A stretch of 64,000 nt of DNA, from contig NMRA01000128.1 of NCBI GenBank assembly GCA_002633005.1, forward strand, positions 837,822 through 901,821, written 5' to 3'. Source of the stretch: Phoronis australis. Lineage: Eukaryota > Animalia > Phoronida. Made by a program: the position numbers and the translations under genes. This document shows, in pieces, positions 1 to 22,600 of the stretch (the stretch's first letter is position 1; each line of letters opens with the position of its first letter). The notes below the pieces were generated by a model that had not been told where the DNA came from, made no database searches, and saw only the letters and a program-made list of their open reading frames with translations.

Positions 1-1391
1 CGCCACCTAGAGCCCAAAGGTATCCGTGTACACACCATCAGTTTTAAGGACCCCAACCCCATGCACATCGACGCCACCTTTAACATCATTGGGCCAGGCC
101 TGGTACTATCCAACCCAGACCGCCCATGTCACCAGATAGAGATGTTTGAGAAGTCTGGCTGGGACATTGTAAAACCACCACTGCCTCTGGTGTCTGACAG
201 TAAGTACAGCATGCTCATGAAGTAGGTAGGAGTACTGTGTGTTTGAATGTGTTGTAATTTGAACACTCTTCTTGGTACAGACAACAAAAAATGACAAAAT
301 CAATCCTGAAATGTACAAACGATGATCTTAGATACCAAAGCCGTGATAAATTATCCAGCTATCTAAGAAGTCAAAAAAGCAGTGTACGAAAATGTCATAC
401 AGCACAGTTTAAAAATGTCCTTGAGACAACTTTGCACAGTAATTTTGAGACTGGGCTTCATAAGATTCAATAGGCGAAGTGTACTAGAAATTGTACTGTA
501 CTTGGCATGTGCATAGTCTATAATTACAAATTGATATCCAACCAAAAACAATATGTATTACACTGGAGATTCATATTTGCGATAAAAATCGGTGAAATCT
601 CCGACTTTAAGTAGTAGGCAATTGCCAGTAACTGTAAGTTGTAAATTCAGTAACGGTTGCACACATTTCTGTTGTAAGTAACTGTGTGTAGCAAGGTAAA
701 ACCACACTATGCAGTTTAAGTTTTAAGTGACCAGCTCGTATTACTCATGACGAATTCAAATGACCGGTGCAGATCCCCCACTGTAACTTTTACAGCCTTT
801 ACATTTAGTGAGCACTGCTCATTATAAGATGGTAGTGCATTACCATTACAGTTCTTAGGAAGCCAGGGCTTTTAATTTTTCTTCCTCTTCGTAAGCAGAG
901 TGGAGAAGGGGTGTCAGTTCAGTGGTCGAGCACAGTTCAGTTGTTCCTTGGATACAATGTCAATTTTACCGTGAACATGTGTGTGTGTGGGTTTACTTGT
1001 GCGTATACACTAACACATGAATGCAACAAGTGGTTCTTACCTAATTCATGATTCTCTCCATTTGAATTTCTCGTCTTGAACTCGTCACAATCTTTGAGGG
1101 CCCAATGACCATCCGACCATTCACCATATCTCATTTAGATTTATTACTTCAATAGATCATCCGCTCTGGATGTCGTCCAAGTGGCTGTCCATGAATGTTC
1201 TCATGTTGGATCCCAAGCGTGTCCTTGTGGAATCTGAAGAAACCTCCATCCACAAGATGTTTGAAAAGCTCGGCATCGAGTGCATCAAGGTCAACATTCG
1301 ACATGCAAACTCCTTGGGTGGTGGGTTCCACTGCTGGACTACTGATGTGCGTCGACGTGGAACACTGGAGAGCTACTTTTACTCCAGCTAA
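1..1391 (+). CDS. GATM: Glycine amidinotransferase (AGAT), last two coding exons; 5' part lies outside the window
   Basis: Exon <1..199 ([45 protein letters not shown]...; donor gtaagt at 200) splices in phase 1 to 1156..1391 ([17 protein letters not shown]...[27 protein letters not shown]). The MHID and GGGFHCW catalytic motifs match recalled vertebrate GATM. Confidence 0.96.
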
Positions 1392-2367
1392 ACTGTTTGT
1401 TATGCCCCATTCAGCCCCCTATACAGTAGTTTACATTTACTGGACAATATTAACCCATGCCAGGTAATTTGCATCAGTGGCGAAATAAGTCTGGACTATT
1501 TATCAGAATATAAACACATCAATAACGTATCTCAAGACATCAAAAACAGGAAAAAAAATTAAGCACTGTGAGTCCTTACTCAAAACCCATGATTGTAGTA
1601 ACAGAGACCAGAGGTGTTATGAACCTCATCTTGGGTTTTCTCCAATTTTCATGAACTAATTTGGTAAGAATTATTGATGACTTTCTAAAACCGCTCCGAG
1701 GTGGTGGCGTGTTACAACTATTGTTACAATCTGTTGTCTATTTACATTGTCACGACGGTTCGGTCGGTCTATTCTCCGGCCATTGTCAGGTGTTCCTGCG
1801 TTCTTAGAACAAGCACAGATATGTGGTACACTCATCACCAAAATGTTGTGACAATGTAAATAAACAAGAGGTCAGTGTAAATAGACCAAGAGATTTTAAC
1901 ATTAGTTGTAAGAATTATTAGTTAACAAAATCTGTAACTATTTAGTGTTTAGGTCTACGATTATGAGTTAAAGAAGTTGTCAAATCATACTCCAGAACAA
2001 TGTTTTCAGAATATGGCTGGAATGAAAGCTCTGGCTTATTGTGTGAAAGTACAGTTTGCCAAGTATGGGGACATTTTGTCTAGTTCTGCTTATGGACAGC
2101 TCTTGTACCATTTGTGTTGGTCCAACCATTTCCACACAGTTCATTTAGCCTAATAAGAGTTGTGTTACGCTATTCACTGCATTTATGTTGGTAATTTCAA
2201 CCCTGTAATATTTCTTATAACTATCCACCCTGGTTCTTATACCAGCAACTATGTACGCTGTCGGGAAGTCTTTTTCAGCTGTGATTTCAGCGTGTGTTTG
2301 AAGTGGGTTTGATGTGCAATTTCATCTAGGTCTGCTTTGTTTTGTATGCTTTAACTTATGGGGCTGT

Positions 2368-2385
2368 AATAAAGTGTGATTTATT
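2368..2385. terminator. Closely spaced candidate poly(A) signals for convergent GATM (+) and PSMC1 (-)
   Basis: AATAAA at 2368-2373 on plus and TTTATT at 2380-2385 (AATAAA on minus). Confidence 0.45.
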
Positions 2386-2763
2386 TTTAAGTAAAACATT
2401 CCAAAAGAGTCCAATTTCATTGTTCTTTACTTAAGGCATGTAAACAAAACATGAACTTGTTTCTGAGTACCAGTGCAACTAAAAATAAGTCCCTTAATAT
2501 CGAATGACTGCATTTCAAAGTTTTTTCAAAATTTCCAAAAATTCTTGCAGCAGTGGCACACACTGAGGGAACCATCGATCTAGCCTAACAATGCCTACAA
2601 ATTCCACAGGTTTCTGATTTGGAGAGATAGTGTTTTTGTGGGAAAAGATTTTCCAGTTGAAGACACTTGTTAAAATAAGAAGTTTTGCTTACACAAGTTC
2701 TATTAACACAAACTGATACACAAAAGTCCATAATTGATTCTCGGATTCCAACGGACAAAATCA

Positions 2764-2869
2764 GCCATGAGCTTAACACTGGTACTAGCACTAGGTCAGC
2801 ATTAGGCCATGAGTTTAAGACTGGTACTCGTTGCTAGGCCAGCATTACACCAAGAGTTTTACACTGTTA

Positions 2870-2872
<3 letters not shown>
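2764..2872. repeat. ~42-bp tandem repeat (2.5 copies) abutting the PSMC1 stop codon
   Basis: CCATGAGCTTAACACTGGTACTA / CCATGAGTTTAAGACTGGTACTC / CCAAGAGTTTTACACTGTTACTA. Confidence 0.75.
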
Positions 2873-13045
<10,173 letters not shown>

Positions 13046-13300
13046 GGTCGGTGATACGCATGCGTTGGATACTCTCGAATCTACTACCGGTGAATTGGTG
13101 TTTTTTAAATTTTCTTTTATAATACTCAATTAAACTAAAAAAACTTACTTATTGGAAAATTTTCATCATTTTTATATTTACTGTATTGTTTAATGTCTGG
13201 AAATACATTTAAAAAGAACTTTCAAGATTATGTGACGGATCCAAAGGTTCTCAGCTACAATGGCGCGAAATAGGAAACTCTGTGTAGTTCATCTTATCTG
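13046..13300. promoter_or_regulatory. PSMC1 5' UTR/promoter region, possibly shared with the divergent CATSPERE-like gene
   Basis: Immediately upstream of the ATG exon; NRF1-like ACGCATGCGT near 13057 and YY1-like AATGGCG near 13259. Confidence 0.4.
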
Positions 13301-13594
13301 TGTTTATTCAATCTTTGTAGACACAGAGGTGCTGGAAGTACCGTGGAGGTTAAATTTGGTGATCTCTAATTCAATTATGACTTTAATGCACTGAGAAGTT
13401 TTAAATTCATTTGAAAATTTATCAGATTATCACTTGGTCTTAACTGACACAGTGACTGGCAATCAACACAGATTGACAGCCAGTGATCACTGTCTCTACT
13501 CTAGCTGGCCCAGAACTACAGTAGACGGTCGAGCTCCTATAGGAGCTTCATACGCCAGAAGCTTTTCGGCAAATTATGTCTCACACTAACTGAA

Positions 13595-14432
13595 ACATCA
13601 AATTCACGTTGTTACGAATACCTTTTGCGCATAGGGGGGGCACCTTAGGTTTTAGGAGGACGTCGATGTATTTATTCCTTCCAAGAAATACTTGCGTTGT
13701 CAAACTTTATCTTCGAACAGTGCCTCGTTCAGTTCCCAAAATTGATGACTCGCCATTTTTACACTGCACACGCCAAGGGATATGATGTCATACCACCTGC
13801 TGCACGCAGTGTTAAAAATGGCGAGTTCCCGATTTTGGGAACTGAACGAGGGACTGCTCGAAGAAAAAGTTTGATAACTTGAGTATTTCTTCGAGTTGGA
13901 AGAAATTAAATACATCGACAGCCTCTTAGGGTGTCCCTCTATGCGCAAAATTTATTTATAACGTGACTTTGATTCGGTCTTTACTGTCCAGCTAGAGATG
14001 GTGGTAAGCTAGACAGTGAACACTGTCTCTACTGGCCTTACTAGTGAGACAGGGAAGCTCTTGTATGTGCTTAATACGCCGGAAAATTTTCAGCAAATTA
14101 TGCCTCACACTGATTGAATCATCAAAGTCACGTTCTCAGTAACTTTTGCATGGGAGGCCATCGATGTCTTCCAACTCGAACAAATACTTCCGTAATCAAA
14201 CTTTTTTTCGGGCAGTGCTTCGTTCAGTTGCCCAAATCAGCAATTGGCCATTTTAACACTGCACGCAACAGGAGATTTGACGTCATTTCCCTTGGCACGT
14301 GCAGTGTTAAAGATGGCTAGTTACCAATTTGGGCAACTGAACGAAGGACTGCTCGAAAAAAAGTTTGATTAATCATTATGGGAGTATTTGTTCGAGTTGG
14401 ACGCAATTAAAGACATCAACGGCCTCCTGAGA
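13595..14432. mobile_element. Two tandem foldback (palindromic) elements; a third half-copy lies at ~11825-12060
   Basis: Long imperfect inverted arms, e.g. CTCGTTCAGTTCCCAAAAT...ATTTTGGGAACTGAACGAG, centred near 13785 and 14280. Confidence 0.6.
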
Positions 14433-15839
14433 CATTCGCATTCATAATAGAAGCCCTTGAAAATGAAAAAATGTGCAATGTTGTTTATGTCCAAAATTGT
14501 TGATATTTACCATATGAGGAGAAATGTGTCGTGGCATTCTCTCCCATTGAGTGAAAGAGAGCTTCGGGCTTATGGTAGTAAACTAATTGAACTCTGTTTT
14601 GAATAAAGTTATCTCCCATTTCATTTCAGGTTACAGTTGATAGTCCCAGGTGCTAAAAAGTTTATCACTGGCTCAGAGGTAGTGTCACTTGTAGCAGTAG
14701 GTTTTTCCATCACAAAATTTAGCTGCTGTAAACCCTGCCTTTTGTTGATTTAGACCACTCGCTGCTATTATAGATCAATTTGATCTGAATGCGCCTTTAC
14801 TGAAATGGTGATTATGGGCTTGGAAAGAAGTCATACTTCATTATTACTTGAAACCAGGCTCAAGAAGTTGTCACAATGGGTCATTTTATATGCAAAGCAT
14901 GGTCTAGAGTCTATACTAAGTACTTGTCCTGGTTTTAATCACCCTTGTTCGGTGTAACACACCCCTGAAACATCCCAACTTTCACGTTTAAATGCATATG
15001 TGACCTAGTGCTTAGTAATTACCCCTAATTTATACAATCGAGTCTTCTTTAAGTGCCAGTGTCTACTCCTTGAGAACGCCGTCACACAAGAATTGTAGCT
15101 CCAAAATTGTATGCAACTTATTTAATAATGAACAGTCAATTTTAGTGGTATCTTGGGAGTAGTCTTGGGACAGGAAAATATCCACTTTTTACTTATAAGA
15201 AGATGTGAGATGGTTCTTTTAGCTCATGCGCATTCTAATATCATGCTTGTGTGCAAAAAGTGATGACAAGGAAGAAATCTACAATTCGACATTTTAAATT
15301 TCCCAATTAAAGTAAGGGCCCTGAGTGTTAGCTCTACAAGTTGGATACTAGTGAACTGGCAGTTCTTTTTGAGAGCAGCAACTGCTTCTCATCTGTTTAA
15401 GGAACAAGTTGGACCGGTATTAAATCAGTGAGTGGTCAAACTCAAATTTTTGTTTTCTTTGATGAGTTCATTGCTGCTTTAATTAAATGAATCAATTTTC
15501 TGTGTAAAAGTAGGCACTCACTTATAAATGGTTTGTGTGTAAATATTTTACATTAATAGTTACTTACAGGGTTCTCTGCATTTTGTGAACCAGTTCTGTC
15601 ACACTGGGACATTTCATTGAGTAATTCAGAAGGGCTCATCAAACTTTGCATCTCCTAGTTTTGAAGACCTGCGAATTGAGTTAACACTGGTCAACCTTGT
15701 TTCATGTTTAATATGGATTGCTAACTCACCTTCTGAACGAATAAAAGGTCTCACCCCAAAACATGAAGTGAAACGATTGGTTTCAGAGATGATTTGCTGC
15801 CTTTAATGTCTGCATTAGTCTGAAAAGATGTCTTGCTAT

Positions 15840-16170
15840 TTTTATGCGCCCACATATTTATATGTGGACGCATTATGCTGTCATCTCTGTCCGTCCGTCC
15901 GTCCGGGCGGCGTCCGGCGTCTGCTGTTCTATCTCCAAAACCCTTTGACATACGTTCATGAAATTTGGCACATATGTTCCATTCATGAATGGGACGGCAT
16001 GTGCGAACTTTCGGACGGATCCGACTACCGGTGTGCCCCCTAGTGGCAATTTTAATTTTTTTACGCTTACCTTTGTATCTTCACAAGTCCTTAACGGATT
16101 TTCATGAAATTTGGTATGTAGGCACCTTTTAGTGAGATGACGCTATCCTCCCGTTTTCAGATGGATTTGA
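15840..16170 (+). mobile_element. HINE-like element, 5' part, cut at contig join n16171
   Basis: TTTATGCGCCCACATATTTATATGTGGACGC hairpin, then (GTCC)n and a core that is the reverse complement of ~4380-4679. Confidence 0.7.
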
Positions 16171-16604
16171 NCATATTTTTCTACACAATTCTTACCCACG
16201 ATCTCTACATTTAATGCCTACCCATGATCTCTACACCTAATGCTTACATGTGATAATCAAGTGTATTGCTATGTGGCTGACAAGTAGTATTTACAAAGAA
16301 ATTCGAGGAGTAATGTGTTGTAATGACTAACATATACTTTGTATTAACTGTTCATAGGGTCACTTGACAGACACACTCCTCAAACATATATAACTGACTA
16401 CTCTCTTGTAGAACGGATGTATTTTATGATGCTAAAACGGTTATTTTTTACTTTTGAAAGCGACAGCTCAAACACATCAACTGTCCCTTACAGATATACT
16501 CACCTTAACAGTACTTTAGACATGAGTTGTTCAGGACAAGTCTGTACGGAATGCGGAGAAATAATTTGTATGCATTTATTGTCACACGTGTTTTTTGTTA
16601 ATAG

Positions 16605-19600
16605 ATTGGAACTCAAGCGCGGAGAGGCTGTATTAGTGTGTGCGAATCCTGGATGGCACACATTTGCTGCTAGTGTGGACGGTGTGGTAAGTAGGGCCTT
16701 CATGATCTACAGGAACAAAGTCTCATAGTCTCATGTATTTTAAAAGTTTTTTTCACCCACTTTTGACTTCAGTTAAAGATAACTCCGAAAAACTTCAAAC
16801 AAATTATCTTTTTCTATTTCAGTAAATTTTGCTGCTTCAAATATTGTATTTATATTAACTAATGTTTATCTTGTATTTTGCTTTCTAGTCAAAAGGGAGC
16901 CGCGATGTAATGATCCACAACTCATTCAACAAATATTACTGGAAAGCTGCACTAGTTGATGTGAGGTAATAACTGTAGTTATTCACTGTGTCTTGTGTCA
17001 GAATAATTGTGTAGTAAGTACCAGGATGTATTCAAGAATTACTTTTGTCGTACGAATTCTTCACTGGTGTACAAAGCAATTTTCGTCTGACAAGTTACTT
17101 AAACTGTTACTAGCATACTCATGGACATTGATTTGATGTCACAAAATCGTTAAACTTTATTAATGAATTTCATGATTCAGTGCAGTCACTAATTTGTTCT
17201 TATCTCTGTATAGTGGTTGTACATGTAAACTGTGAATAGTTTGGAGGTAGCATGTGCTGTTATTGTCATCGTTGGATATTGATTTTACTTTGGAGAAATT
17301 AGCATTTTAAAATTAAAACAAATTGTGGGTAGGTGTCCTTATTCACAATCTGTTCTGACAGTATTTGAAAATTAAGTACAGTAGCCTGTAACATACCTTG
17401 ATGTTATCAGGGCCATGAAATTTGGACACAAGCAATCACCTGGCAAGCATTACCATGGTGAACATGTGCACTTGGTGTGGAGTTTTAACCACCTTCTGGA
17501 AAAAGGACACTACCATCAAATAGTATGTATTTTAAAAGTGGACATAATGCTTCAGAGGTCTAACACTACCTGTTTTGGATGTTGTGAAATACAATACGTG
17601 TCTTGGCTGCTGATCTATCTGAAGAATGAGGATTGCATGAGTGGAAAATTATAATTAAGTAATGATTTTGTTGTCTCCCTGCACCTAGCGTAAAATGCGA
17701 AGTTTGAGGAGCGAACTCGCTACTGAAAAGGAGTAAGTTGAATTGCATTGATTAGTGTCAGTTTAACTGCAGACTGCAAAGCTGAAACTTTGGATTGTGG
17801 TCCCAAGCTCAGTGACTTATGAAGAACTTGAGGGGAATGACCTAGATCCTAAATCGGTATGTATATATTATGGAACTTCTTTCATCATAGTTTCAGTGTG
17901 CCAGACAATAATAGTCGGATGTGACATGCCCGCATTTTGAGAAGTAGTTTTTTATACTGAATAACTGGCATCAAACTGGTGCTCAAAATGGGCACTTTAT
18001 ATCCGGCTGTTGCTTGCTAGACAATGCTGTCAAACCTTGTTTTTTCAAAGATTGTAACAATTTGTTTGTTCCTAGTTACTTGTTCCATCTTCTGGTCTAA
18101 AACTGACATATTCTAAAATGGAAATGTTCATTTTTATTCATCGTGATATTTGGGGACCAAATGAGATACAATACTGGGTATGCATATTTGTTTAGGCTAG
18201 ACGTGTTGAGAGAGTGCTTCTTCCTGCTCTTAGTGAGTTGCCGAATACCAATAAACTTCATAGAACTTGTTTAATTTTGGCATCAGTTCACACTAATCTC
18301 CCCATTCTGTTTACGTTTCACACTACAGCCTTCTTTCTTTTAGAGTTTACACTACCGCCCTCTTTCTGTTACAGTTCACACTACTGCCCTCTTTCTGTTA
18401 CAGTTCACTCTACCACCCTTTTTCTGTTACAGTTCTCTGCCATATTGACACGGCAGTACAGCTCCCTTGGTTTAACACCAAATGTTACCATTTTAAGAGA
18501 TCTTTATATTGACATGTTTAACATCTCTGTGGAGTCCACAGGACAGTTGACTGAAGGCAGGTATGCGTGTATCAAATTTACATTTTGCCTTTAATGCCTG
18601 TCGAGCTTATTTAGCGATAGAATGTTAATAAGCTATTGAGTTGACAGCATCAGGAAATGTGCATTATTTATCACCTGGATCGTTAATTAAAAACTTACAA
18701 AGTGCTGTATGGAAAGCCTAATGGTCAATATAAAAAGATGAGCAACATAGATGTTAGACCCTTGATAAAAGCATGTGTTCTGCCTACGTTTGTATCATTG
18801 TTTTGTCAGTAATAATGATAATGATGGTTAAGATAAGGATACATGTAGTTAACTGTTTCAGCTACTGGCAGTTCAATGTGAGTTTTCCCGATCACATTCA
18901 CATTGGGGCTTACATACATCCAACCAGCGTGCCTCTTTTTGACAACTTTGTGGGGTAAGTGTGTCTAGTACTAGAATACTCATGAGCTGTTTCCAAATGG
19001 ATGTCTCTCTGCTGTAAACAAAAATCCACTTAGCTTGTACAGGTCACCACCAAGGCTTTGCAGTTCTGTGATTTGATTGCATGTCGCATGTCTATTTACA
19101 CAGCCAGGTTTAAATGCTTTTTACTCCAACCTGTACATTTCCAATAAAGTTCCCATCAACAAAAAGTGGCCTTAGACTGGTGTTTTTTAGGAAACAAAGA
19201 AAGAAAAGTGCAAAAAGGTCTACTGTGCTCAGGCGGCACCTGATTGATTATCTTATAAGCAATTAAACAGGCCACAGGATTGTGTTATGGACCTGTAATT
19301 CTATTTTGACTTTCCCAACAATGGTTGTCGAGAGGTAGAGTTTCCAAACTTGGAATTCAATGTGGAAAAAAGAGACTGGCCTAATGGACTTATTAAAAAT
19401 TTTTGAAAATCAGATTCACCATGCTAATCGGTGGTCTTTCAAACTAACCGAGTTGTAGTTAGTAAGGAAGCAAGTAAATTCAAGCTTGTAGAAAAATATC
19501 CAGTTAGGTGATCATGTACCATTAGGTTTGACTTGGCTTGGTTAAATTTATAACAATACCTTGTCCCATGTAAGTGATAGGTTGAATCTCAGTCCACCTC

Positions 19601-22600
19601 ATTTGTTTCAAGGGAAGATGTTTGATACCTTCAATGAAGCTCTTCACCATGTTCGAACAATAATTTTTCCTGTATGGAATCAGCACTTCATTCATATCTT
19701 GACCCAGTTCCCCACAGTGTGTGAACACAGCTGACCAATAGGTGTCACTGTTGCTGGGTTGCCAATGTTGTCACAGTGCTGCTTTCAATTCCCAAGTGTG
19801 TCCAGGAAAAATTATAGTTTTTCTATATCATTTCAGCATTGGATGAGTGATGATATCCATTGATATGTGTTTGGCTAAATCTTTCTGAGGCTTTGTAATT
19901 TTGTTGATTTAATAATTTAAGTAAACGGTTGATTGTTTGCAGAGCATCTGTAGTGACCCTCTCAGCACCTAAGTTCCATGTGGTCCCAGCTCCACAGTCA
20001 CAGGTGAGTTTATCTTGGCATTCATGCTTGGAACAACTCTGATGCTGACAATTGAAGCACGTCTTCAGCCTTGAGGCAGTTATTTTTACGCGCCCATACA
20101 TTTATATGTGGGACCATCATGCCGTCCTCCCTGTCTGTCCATCCGGCAGCGGCTGCTCGGTCTCCAAATTCCTTTGATGTATGTTCGTGAAATTTTGCAC
20201 ATGTGTTCCTTTCATGGATGGGACGGCATGAGCGAACGTTTGGACGGATCTGACTACCGGTGTGCCCTCTTGCAGCAATTTTATTTTTTGCACTTCTGTA
20301 TCTTCAAAGGTCCTCAACGGATTTCCATAAAATTGGGCAGATAGGCATCTATTAGTGAGGTGACGCTATCCTCTCATTTCCAGATGGATTCGAATTTTTT
20401 TGTGTCATCTAATGGCCATTTCTACTGTTTTTTGGCGGTTGCCCGCTATCAACCAAACTACTTTAATGATGATTGTGACTGTAAACTAGCTCGGTATCGC
20501 TTCGCAGTTAGCACATATAAATGTTCTTATTGTGAAGAGGACGGTTCACTATGATTTTCCAATGACCTCGACAAGTTTAGTGCCTCCTAGTGACATTTTC
20601 TGCGTGCATGGCTGTATCTCCTGAACCCGCTGTAGGATCTTTATTACATTTTGCAAGTGTATTTGCATGAAGTTGATAACGAACTTTTAAATGGATCCGT
20701 CGAACGCTGTGTCCCCTAGTGGCAATTTAATTTTTTTCCTCTTTCCTCTATTCCTCTGAAGTTCCTTGACTAATTTTTATGAAATTTGATAAATACGTTT
20801 CCATTAAAGAAAAAACAACATTTTCAAGTTTTACGATGGATTTGACGTATTTTGCACCATCTTGTGGCCATTTTTGCTGTTTTCTACTTTGTTTTTGGCG
20901 TCTGCTCCTCCATCAGCCAAGCCACTCTAAGGAGGATTTTAAAATTGCCGTTTTTGTTTCTACTGTGGAGAGGATGGCTGATGATGATTTTCGGATGATC
21001 TGGGCTACTGTGACGTCGCCTAGTGGCATTTTTTGCATCTATGGCTGTATCTCCCAAACCCTCTGCAGGATGTTTATTAAACTTGGCAAGTGTATTGATA
21101 TGAAGTGGACAACGGACAATGATGAATTTGCATGGATTTGACAACAGTTGTGTGCCCCTAATGGCAATTTTAATTTTTTTCCACTGTATCTTTGAAACAC
21201 TTTGGCAGATTTTTATGAAGTAATTTACTAGTAAAGAGTCGATAGGTTCCTGTTTTGGGATAGATTCAACATACAGCAGTCATTTTTACTGTCGTGAAAT
21301 TTTGCAAATAGGTTTTCATTAAGGAGACAACGACGACTTCTCACTTTTGGGCACATTTGACGTATTCTGCGCTACTCGGTGGCCACTTTAACAATTTTTG
21401 AGTATGTTTTTGACATCACTCTCTCCATCCACCAAACTGCTTAAAGGGTCATTTGGAGATCTTCTCATGATGAGAAGACCGTGGCTGGCATTGATTTTTG
21501 AGCGTATGCAACTATGCTGGCAACCCATGTTCCTATGAAGATGGCAACAGATGACGGCGAGTTTCAGATCAATCCAACTACAATTGTGCTCCCTAGTTGT
21601 AATTTTTGTTTTTTACCTTTGCCTCTGTAACTTCAGAGTTCCTTGATGCTTTTTCATGAAATTGGGCAAACAAATTATTATGAAGACGAAAGCAACTTTC
21701 CTTATTGTGATGGATTCAATGTATTCTGCACCAACCAGTGGCCATTTTAATTATTTTTGGTCTGTTTTTTGTCATCTGCCAAACCACGCAGAGGATCATT
21801 GTGAAAATTGGCAGACATGTTCCTACTGACAAGAGCATTGACTGACACGGATTTTCAAAGGAGTACAACTACTGTGGTGCCTCCTAGTGACATTTCTTTT
21901 GCATCTAGGGCTGTATCTCCTAAACCCCTTGCAAGATGGTTTTGAAATTTTGCAATTGTTTTCCTATTGATTAACTTAACAGCAGATGTATGGATTCGAC
22001 ATCTGGGGTTCCTTGATGGCAGTTTGTTTTCTTTATGTTTGCCTTTGTATCTTTGGAGTTCTTTGACAGATTTTCATGAAATTTGGCAAATAATTTTGAG
22101 AGACGAGGACAATATCCCATTTTTGGATGGGTTTAATGTATTCTGTGCCATCTAATGGACACGTTTTAAGCTAAAATAAACACCCCCTGGAAGCACACCT
22201 TTTGCGGTGCAGTCGTTGGTACATTTAAATGCTCCGCGTTGCTCTTGTTCTTTGATGCAATCCTTAAACTTGCTAAATTTGTTTTACTTCTTGGAAATTC
22301 CATTTTCTCATTGTAAAAATTTTTGTGCTTTTGGTGTTTACATTATTGAATGTTTCCATGATGGCATAGTTTTACATTTGCCTATCACTTAGTGTTTATG
22401 ATTTTAATTCCACCCTTCTAGTCAACCTGTTAACATGTGTTCATTGTCCTCTACCAGCAGTCTGCAGTATTTCAAGGAAAGCACACAGTCATAGTCCAGG
22501 TAAGAATTTTGCAATTGAATGATATTGTAGTGAAAACGCCTTTTGTCAACAGATGAAGCATGTATATAACACATCACTGTCTGTTTGTTGAATCTATGCA

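Noticed and set aside
1734-1867. 23-bp inverted repeat downstream of the GATM stop as a regulatory hairpin
   Set aside because: More simply a decayed MITE; no evidence of function.
15200-16600. Candidate first exons of the CATSPERE-like gene (near 15570 and 16358-16600)
   Set aside because: Several open segments, but no unambiguous signal peptide and splice path; left unresolved.
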